This document shows, piece by piece, positions 48,927 through 55,733 of a DNA stretch of 64,000 nucleotides. The notes under the pieces were generated by a model, which was not told where the DNA came from, made no database searches, and worked only from the letters and a program-made list of their open reading frames with translations. This DNA is from Bacteroidota bacterium (lineage in GTDB: Bacteria; Bacteroidota; Bacteroidia; Bacteroidales; Lentimicrobiaceae), in assembly GCA_023417935.1 (NCBI GenBank), contig JAEZDY010000022.1, positions 19,593 through 83,592 of the forward strand, read 5' to 3'. Numbering within the stretch: position 1 is the stretch's first letter; each line of letters opens with the position of its first letter. Both the position numbers and the translations under genes were made by a program.

Positions 48927-49304
48927 TTAATGTTTAAAATTCAAATTAAACTGCCTCAATTGCTCAGTAAGCTTCTCGTTTTCTATCTTAGTTGCACGAA
49001 GCTCTTTCTGTAAACTTGCCATTTGTGCACGAAGAGCGTTGTTTTCACGCGTTATTGAATTCATCTTTTCACGTGTACTCCTGTTTTCACGGCGTAGTTG
49101 TTCAATGTCCTCAGACAGTCTCGCTGTAATGTCTTCACTTAGCTCACGCCAGATACGTGCTGCCTTTTCAATGTTGTCAATCTCGTTTGTCTCCACCTCA
49201 ACACCAGCTTTCTTTACTTCGGCCATATATTTCCGGCGTGTGAATAGAAACGTAATAAGTGCAGAGCAGATCGTTGGAATGATAGTGATTAGAATATCTT
49301 TCAT
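48927..49304 (-). CDS. Single-TM coiled-coil protein; putative holin
   Basis: MKDILITIIPTICSALITFLF-TRRK then heptad repeats; immediately upstream of M23. Confidence 0.6.
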   Translation of the reverse strand: MKDILITIIPTICSALITFLFTRRKYMAEVKKAGVEVETNEIDNIEKAARIWRELSEDITARLSEDIEQLRRENRSTREKMNSITRENNALRAQMASLQKELRATKIENEKLTEQLRQFNLNFKH

Positions 49305-49344
49305 GTTACAATGTGTTTTATTAAAGAGCGTTTTTTGGATATAA

Positions 49345-49454
49345 AAACAAAACCCCTCTTCACCTGCTTCCACCGCATGAGTGTGTCGTCAAAGCGACCG
49401 GGGATTATGTCAACCCTGGATCTTGCCGCAGTGTGGGTTGGAGGGGTTTTGTTT
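49345..49454. ncRNA. Candidate structured RNA / complex terminator
   Basis: Perfect 14-bp closing stem AAACAAAACCCCTC/GAGGGGTTTTGTTT enclosing internal hairpins. Confidence 0.5.
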
Positions 49455-49474
49455 GTTAGTTAGGTGTCCGCGAA

Positions 49475-50131
49475 CTATGCAATAGTAGCAGTTCCAATAT
49501 GTACGCTATTGGAAACCTGATCCCTGTTGGTCACCTCGGTGAGACCGGCTTTCAGGAAAAATCCAATAACAGATACTGTGCGTGACGCCCAGTTTTCAGG
49601 GACTACCAATGATGCGGTCTCATTCATACGTGAATAACCTGAGAAGTGCATCACTTCGCCGCTTGCGGAATCAATGACTGCAAACCTGAGATCATCATCG
49701 TCGAATGCATCAACATTGTTGGTGTTATCAGCCCAGTCAACTGCCAGGGTATTGGGTACGGTTGATGTTACCGCTCCGCCTTCAACAGGCGCCAGGTCTC
49801 CAATTGCCAGTGTAGCTTTTGTGAGATCGAGGCTTAACGTTGGGAAGGTGCCAGTGATGGCTTCCGGAATATTGAACTTCATCGCGCTGTTGAAGGGGGT
49901 AAGTGTGGCATCAGCGGCACCAAAGCCAAGCTTCACGAGCTTGCTGTTTGCTTTGACAAATGCTGAAACCAACTTCCACTTCATACGCTGGATCTGTTGA
50001 GGAATGGTATTTGCGTCAGTGAATGATGCTGCACGTATGCGCATTATGCACCTGCCTTTCCAGAAAGTGCCGATAACGTTACCGACCCGTCCGCTGTAAG
50101 GGCCATAGATGCCCTGCTTGTAGGTTCCCAT
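49475..50131 (-). CDS. DUF6266-like protein
   Basis: MGTYKQGIYGPYSGRVGNVIGTFWKG...R...NTIPQQIQRMKW; C-terminal beta domain ending VSNSVHIG. ATG 50131. Confidence 0.8.
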   Translation of the reverse strand: MGTYKQGIYGPYSGRVGNVIGTFWKGRCIMRIRAASFTDANTIPQQIQRMKWKLVSAFVKANSKLVKLGFGAADATLTPFNSAMKFNIPEAITGTFPTLSLDLTKATLAIGDLAPVEGGAVTSTVPNTLAVDWADNTNNVDAFDDDDLRFAVIDSASGEVMHFSGYSRMNETASLVVPENWASRTVSVIGFFLKAGLTEVTNRDQVSNSVHIGTATIA

Positions 50132-50217
50132 AATTGGTTTGGTTTTAAGTACCGGCTGAATTACCGGTGACATATGCCTACTATCAATTTTGATACAATT
50201 GTGCCAGTTTTTTGAAA

Positions 50218-50334
50218 TTGTCCGGCGTTGTCCACCCCTTGTCAGTCTTTGGCAGAAAAACACCGACACAGAACCTGCCATAGGGTGGACAACTATGGAC
50301 AAGAAACTGACAGAGGGTAGACAACACCGGACAA
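50218..50334. repeat. Long imperfect inverted repeat built from phased TTGTC/GACAA units
   Basis: TTGTC at 50218, 50228, 50239 (TTGGC 50249); GACA(A/G) at 50288, 50298, 50309, 50320, 50330. Confidence 0.9.
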
Positions 50335-50569
50335 ACGTGTCATACAATGTGTATCTATTTAATATATATTGAACATTAGTTAGTACAAGAACCCTTGATA
50401 ATACATGTAATATCGACTTATTACATTATTTTTAAAGCACGTGATTTTTTTAATTAATTGAATAACAGGTGTTTAAAAAATAGTGGTTTTTTATAAAATT
50501 ATTGATTTCTAAATTTGGCTATTGCAACAGTTAAATTCAAATACCAATATGATGTAATATAAATGGACT

Positions 50570-50980
50570 ATGGAAGAAAATGAAACACACCATAACACGA
50601 GTAACGACATTTTGGGTATAGCAATGGAACTTAAAGCAGAACTTGATGAGTTCCGCAAGGCAGTTCAACAGGCTTTGGATCAGAGAAAAGAATCTTTCAG
50701 AAACAAGAATGACATTATGAGTTCAGACAGACTGGTGCTAAGCAGTATTGGACGACGAAAATATATAATTGGCGGAAACAAAAAATTACCGGTTAGAATA
50801 AGGGAGCCCACATGGATCACCTCGCGTGAAGCTACTGACCTTATGAGGATCTCTGCCAGAACGCTAAGTCGATACCGGGAAAAAAGATATATAACATTCA
50901 AAATGGTGAATGGCGCCTACAGATATAGATATGAGGAGTTGAAGACGTTTACGGGAATCACCAAACCTAACAATCACTAA
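50570..50980 (+). CDS. Excisionase/MerR-type HTH DNA-binding protein
   Basis: WITSREATDLMRISARTLSRYRE...YRY; TAAATTTG at 50510-50517. Confidence 0.85.
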   Translation: MEENETHHNTSNDILGIAMELKAELDEFRKAVQQALDQRKESFRNKNDIMSSDRLVLSSIGRRKYIIGGNKKLPVRIREPTWITSREATDLMRISARTLSRYREKRYITFKMVNGAYRYRYEELKTFTGITKPNNH

Positions 50981-50994
50981 ATCAACTATTTTAT

Positions 50995-51612
50995 ATGAAA
51001 TACCCCATAAATAACAATAACATAAAAAGAGCTTTGGCTTTATCCGATGGACCAGAAGAATTTAAAACAATAACGTGGAACTTTTTGAGTGGCAATAATG
51101 ATGCATTGATCGAAGATCCTTTTGTTAATTGGATATTTAATGTTTGTCCACCTGCTGTAAGAGCTGCTATATTACACACATCTTTTCACTTTGATAGACA
51201 AAAACTAGAACATTACACAATAGAAACAACAATTGAAACTCAGAAAAACGAAAGTTGTACAAGTGTAGATATTATTGCACGACCTACTGATTATGAAGAG
51301 ATTATAAAAGAAATTATTGATTTGAAAATTCTTAATGCCTATGGCAAACTTAATCAAAGGCGCGGTAATAAGGAAATATTTATTGGTGTACTACTGCTAT
51401 TATATAGATATGGCTATTTCAAAAAAATCTGCAATAACGTTAAAGTGAGTAAAACTACCATAGCTGATTATGCCAAGGAAAAATTTGATGCCGGCGATAT
51501 GCAACAATTTATGCGTACTACTGAATATGAACGGTATATACGATTGGCAAGGGCAAAAGTAAAATGTATAGACAAGATCGAATTAAAACGAAAACAAATT
51601 TGCAATCTATGA
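50995..51612 (+). CDS. Hypothetical protein
   Basis: 205-aa ORF in operon; ATGA overlap with the next gene. Confidence 0.7.
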   Translation: MKYPINNNNIKRALALSDGPEEFKTITWNFLSGNNDALIEDPFVNWIFNVCPPAVRAAILHTSFHFDRQKLEHYTIETTIETQKNESCTSVDIIARPTDYEEIIKEIIDLKILNAYGKLNQRRGNKEIFIGVLLLLYRYGYFKKICNNVKVSKTTIADYAKEKFDAGDMQQFMRTTEYERYIRLARAKVKCIDKIELKRKQICNL

Positions 51613-51959
51613 ACCACGAAAAAGATTTTGGAAATTTCTATGATTTGTTAGTGTCTCACTATCTCATTTCATCAAATGCTATTGTATTGTTATATGCACT
51701 TATGCATATAAAACATATTTGTCATTGTCAAAATACTATCTCAATAAGCCTGCTCAAACTTGCAGAGATGACCAATATAAAACCTAGTTCACTGTGTTAT
51801 GCACGAAACCAACTGAGGAGCCGTAGGATAATTAATTGGGAATATATGGCTGGTAAGGGATGTACTAAATACACTTTGCTGCCTCTTGACAAAATAATGG
51901 ACAGTAGCATCAAGGCACTTTGGCCATCAGATATTTCTGATCAACCTAAACAAAATTAA
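51609..51959 (+). CDS. Stand-alone winged-helix protein paralogous to the initiator N-domain
   Basis: FYD...S..AI.L..ALMHI...AR..L...C..YT..P pattern shared with 51964..53025. Confidence 0.7.
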   Translation: MNHEKDFGNFYDLLVSHYLISSNAIVLLYALMHIKHICHCQNTISISLLKLAEMTNIKPSSLCYARNQLRSRRIINWEYMAGKGCTKYTLLPLDKIMDSSIKALWPSDISDQPKQN

Positions 51960-51963
51960 ACCC

Positions 51964-53025
51964 ATGAACTACATACAAGAAATTAACGCTTTCTACGACT
52001 GGGTAGAAGGAAACCCTCGTTTGTCAAAAAGCGCTATCGCGCTCTGGCATGCGCTGATGCATATCAACAACAAAACAAAATGGATCAGAACATTCAGTGC
52101 GGCTATTTGTACGCTGCAGAGCAAAAGCGGATTATGCCGGAGTGATGTTTTTAAAGCAAGGACTGAACTAGAATCAGCAGGTTTAATAATTTGTCAAAAT
52201 GGTAACCTTGCAAATTGTGCCAACTATACCATCATACCGGTTTCAAACAAACTATTGCCGTCGGCAGAGGGCTTCAACGATGAAATTGGTGATGATTATT
52301 ATGAAATCACAGGGCTCCGCAAAGGAGGAAACACTAAGAATAAATCTGCAGGAAATGTTCCTGACAGCGCTTCCGCTGACGGTAATGTAAACGCATCTGA
52401 GGATGCTACATCGGTCGCTACGGGCTGTATTTCAGATGCATCTGCGGACTGTACTGCGGACGCATCTGCGGACTGTATTGCAGACGCATCTGCGGACTGT
52501 AGCGGAACTAAACCTGAGACTAATAGTAAACTAAAGGAAACTAAACTAGAAGAAACTAAAAAACGAGATGATGAAGATGAAAAATCTTCATTGTCATCTG
52601 TCGATGACGCGATCGAGAGGAAGAAATTCAATAAAAAGGTTTTGAAAATCTTTTATGATTACAACCGCATTTGCCTCAACCTGCCTCGTGCGACTTCAAA
52701 AACTGACATACGCAAATCGCATGTTGGGGCGCGGCTGAAGGAACATGGCGCGGCCAAAGTGCAAAAGATGCTTAAAATGGCTGCCGCCTCCGATTTCCTT
52801 GGCGGATGCAACGAGAAAGGATGGAAAGCAAACTTCGACTGGCTGTTTTTGCCAACCAATTTTGTAAAAGTGCTCGAAGGCAATTATTCTAACAAGCCCT
52901 ATTCCGGGCCCGGTATTGGCAACGTCCGAGGAGGAATTGAAAATTACGTGGGCAAACCATCGCATCTCGAGATCATTGAGCAAACTTATCAAACACTACT
53001 GAACGATGGGACATTCAACAATTAA
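51964..53025 (+). CDS. Phage-type replication initiator (DnaD-like wHTH N-domain, replisome-organiser-type C-domain)
   Basis: MNYIQEINAFYDW...ALMHINN; low-complexity linker; SDFLGG.N..GWKANFDWL....NFVKVLEGNY. Confidence 0.8.
   Translation: MNYIQEINAFYDWVEGNPRLSKSAIALWHALMHINNKTKWIRTFSAAICTLQSKSGLCRSDVFKARTELESAGLIICQNGNLANCANYTIIPVSNKLLPSAEGFNDEIGDDYYEITGLRKGGNTKNKSAGNVPDSASADGNVNASEDATSVATGCISDASADCTADASADCIADASADCSGTKPETNSKLKETKLEETKKRDDEDEKSSLSSVDDAIERKKFNKKVLKIFYDYNRICLNLPRATSKTDIRKSHVGARLKEHGAAKVQKMLKMAAASDFLGGCNEKGWKANFDWLFLPTNFVKVLEGNYSNKPYSGPGIGNVRGGIENYVGKPSHLEIIEQTYQTLLNDGTFNN
52421..52565. repeat. Intragenic 24-bp direct repeats plus A-rich ACTAAA tract (putative ori)
   Basis: GA(T/C)GCATCTGCGGACTGTA at 52435, 52459 and 52483, followed by repeated ACTAA(A). 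Confidence 0.8.
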
Positions 53026-53827
53026 AATAAAACAACGGACAGGAAGTAGCTTAGCAAAACTGAAGTGTGGAGTAGTATTGAGTGACCAGGGAATTTGTCC
53101 GACGCTTTCGCGTGATGAAATGCATTACGTGAAAGCACGCTATGCCGAATCGCTCGATAAACTACCTGAATCACAAACTATTCAGTTCATCGTTGAGATG
53201 CTTAACCGGTGTTATGCTGAACTAGGTCATGTACCAGTAGGCAGCGGAATTCATGAACGGGCAAACCTTATGAAAGTAACTGCCAGCCTAATCCGCAATG
53301 ATCTGCTTTTTCATTTCCCGAAAGTCACTCTTGAAGAAATTGGCAATGCTGTACGTCGTGGTATCCGACGCGAATACGGTGAATACTATGGCTTTAACGC
53401 CATCAGTATTCATGAATTTGTGAAAAAATACCTCAATTCAGAAGACCGCCTTAACGCCCTCGACCGGCAATCCAGGTACCTAAATTCGCAGAAACCTGTG
53501 GAAGAAATTTCAGAGCAGGAAAAAGATCGATTACTCAAGGCCGGCCTCGAACAATGTCGTGAAACCTACCGGAAAACTGGTCGCATTATTGATTTTGGCA
53601 ACGTCAATTATCACTTGTTGGAGCAATCCGGTGAGATTAATGACTCACTCGAAGAAAAAAGAGCAATCTATCAGGAGGCCAAGATGCAGATTAAAGCCGA
53701 GCTGGATGCGCAAGCGGTTTCGTTTCATCAGATCGTTTCGAGGATGCGAGGGGAGGAGACGGATGAGATTGCCATAGTGGCAAGGGCGAAGGAGATAGCG
53801 TTGAGGAGGCACTTTGATAAGTTCTGA
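53006..53827 (+). CDS. Phage-type hypothetical protein coupled to the initiator (possible helicase-loader/adaptor)
   Basis: Overlaps the initiator end; FPKVTLEEIGNAVRRG...YGEYYGFN. Function inferred from position only. Confidence 0.55.
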   Translation: MGHSTIKIKQRTGSSLAKLKCGVVLSDQGICPTLSRDEMHYVKARYAESLDKLPESQTIQFIVEMLNRCYAELGHVPVGSGIHERANLMKVTASLIRNDLLFHFPKVTLEEIGNAVRRGIRREYGEYYGFNAISIHEFVKKYLNSEDRLNALDRQSRYLNSQKPVEEISEQEKDRLLKAGLEQCRETYRKTGRIIDFGNVNYHLLEQSGEINDSLEEKRAIYQEAKMQIKAELDAQAVSFHQIVSRMRGEETDEIAIVARAKEIALRRHFDKF

Positions 53828-53902
53828 TTTATAGGTTCTGGGTGCTGAGTTTAGCCTTTAATGGCGGCTTTGACCGGCGAAGCTTTTTATTTGTGCTTGA
53901 TT

Positions 53903-54015
53903 TTTACCCACTCTAACCATACTATAGCGGTACTGTAAGGGCACTAAAGAGGCACTGTACAATTTTACTAAAGTGCCCCTTTAGAAGGCCTACAGGCAGG
54001 TTAGTGAGGGGTAAA
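53903..54015. repeat. Imperfect palindrome containing an 11-bp phased ACTNWA array
   Basis: ACTCTA 53910, ACTATA 53921, ACTGTA 53932, ACTAAA 53943, ACTGTA 53954; ends TTTACCCACTCTAACC / GGTTAGTGAGGGGTAAA. Confidence 0.75.
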
Positions 54016-54065
54016 TTGAATCTCGAATGAATACCTGATTGTAAAAAAGAAAAAAAATATAAATT

Positions 54066-54713
54066 ATGGCAAAACTGTTAAAAAATGGCCTGATGTCGGG
54101 CAAGATTGGCAGCCTGGTTTACTACGTTATAAACGGGAAGCAGTATGTAAGAAACTACGTAATACCCGATAATCCAAATACGCCGGCTCAACACCGGCAC
54201 CGCACTAAAATAAAAGTATGTGGCAAATTCATTAGCAAATTTAAAACAGCTATACTTGTCGGCTACCAAGGTTTCCCCACGGGTGAGGCATTCAGCGAAG
54301 CAATGAAATACCACATGGCCAATGCCATGGAGGATACAACCCCACACAATTCAGTTGACCCAACTTTCAAATTGATACCTGAAAAAATAGTGCTTTCAGT
54401 TGGCATTGTGCAAGCACCTGAAATCACTACATGCAGCCGAAACGGCCGTATTATAGAGTTAACCTGGAACCCAACACTTGGTCACGTTCCCAACCGCCAT
54501 ACTGATGCTCTGGCCGTAATAGCCTTCATTGAAGGCAAAAAAGCTTTTACCAACTTTTACACCGGAACTCGTGATGATGGAACGGGCAAGGTAATGCTCC
54601 CTTTTGATTTTCATGAACCGGTTCATCTTTGGACTTTCTACTGGAATGGGCAGAAAAGCGAAGAAAGGAACAAGGAGAATGTTTCAGATAGTATTTATCT
54701 GGGAAGTTTTTAA
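54066..54713 (+). CDS. DUF6266-like protein (second copy)
   Basis: MSGKIGSLVYYVINGKQYVR...NPNTPAQHRHR; ends NVSDSIYLGSF. Confidence 0.8.
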   Translation: MAKLLKNGLMSGKIGSLVYYVINGKQYVRNYVIPDNPNTPAQHRHRTKIKVCGKFISKFKTAILVGYQGFPTGEAFSEAMKYHMANAMEDTTPHNSVDPTFKLIPEKIVLSVGIVQAPEITTCSRNGRIIELTWNPTLGHVPNRHTDALAVIAFIEGKKAFTNFYTGTRDDGTGKVMLPFDFHEPVHLWTFYWNGQKSEERNKENVSDSIYLGSF

Positions 54714-54739
54714 TAAAATTCAACTTGCAACATATTGTT

Positions 54740-55462
54740 ATGGAAGATTATCAAGCTTTAATTCTAGATGCTGATGAGAAAATTGCATGCAACCCGCGTT
54801 ATGCAGGAGCATACCGGCAAAGGGCATACCTTAAAATGGAGCACTGTGATTATGATGGAGCTATTGAGGACTTCACAGTAGCGATCAGTATGAAGAAAAA
54901 ACATGCTATTACTTGGTTTTACCGTGGTTTATGTTTCTATTATCTGGAAAATAATCTTTGTGCTTTAAACGATTATACCAACGCATTGAAATACAAGCCG
55001 AGGATGTCGGATGCATGGTGTGAAATTGGAAGAGTTATGTTTATGATGGATGACCATCCGAGAGCTGAAGAGCACTGCACCAAAGCTCTATCCATAAATC
55101 CACGCAATTGTAATGCACTAACATTAAGGGGTAATGTACGACTACTGTTGAAACAGCCGGATAAAGCACTAAAAGATTTAAACAGAGCATTTAAAATAAA
55201 ACCCTTCGATAGCATGATAAGGATTTATAGGGCAATGGCATATCAAACCCTTGGAAGAAACGCTGAAGCACTCGAAGATTACGGTATATCAATAGCCCTG
55301 GCACCTGATGCAACAGCCTATTACAACCGTTGTCTCATTTTTATAGACCAGGATCAATATAAAGAAGCACTCGCTGATGCCCGCAAGGCGCTGGAATTAG
55401 CCCCTGACTGGGATTTTTGCCAGGAGATTATTGATGAGATTGCGGATGAGATGGGTTGGTAA
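54740..55462 (+). CDS. Tetratricopeptide-repeat protein
   Basis: About six TPR units (AY..R...AIEDF..AI). Confidence 0.9.
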   Translation: MEDYQALILDADEKIACNPRYAGAYRQRAYLKMEHCDYDGAIEDFTVAISMKKKHAITWFYRGLCFYYLENNLCALNDYTNALKYKPRMSDAWCEIGRVMFMMDDHPRAEEHCTKALSINPRNCNALTLRGNVRLLLKQPDKALKDLNRAFKIKPFDSMIRIYRAMAYQTLGRNAEALEDYGISIALAPDATAYYNRCLIFIDQDQYKEALADARKALELAPDWDFCQEIIDEIADEMGW

Positions 55463-55733
55463 GCAGTTCAATGTGTCATCATAAATTTCTTCATGTGCAT
55501 TTTTACATTAAACCTTTCTTTATATATTTGCCAGAGGTGAAGTTAATTTGCTGAAAAGGAAAAAACAAGTTAAATATCAAAAGGTCAGGTTATAAGGCCG
55601 CTATGGTAAATGAAAAACGAAACTGACAGATAAATAACCCTACACATTACCGACCAAAATGTGTAGATAAGCAAAGTAATATCAGAGAATTTGGAAAAGA
55701 AGCATTACAAATAGGTTTAAATGAAATCGAATA

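Noticed and set aside
49345..49454. tRNA or tRNA-derived att site
   Set aside because: No T-loop GTTC motif, D-loop or 7-bp acceptor stem geometry.
50132..50347. N-terminal extension of the DUF6266-like ORF shown in the ORF track
   Set aside because: It translates the palindromic repeat region; paralogue alignment places the start at ATG 50131.
45880..55730. Integrase, att direct repeats, capsid/terminase genes
   Set aside because: None recognisable by eye. Short att repeats could be missed and an integrase could lie outside the window.
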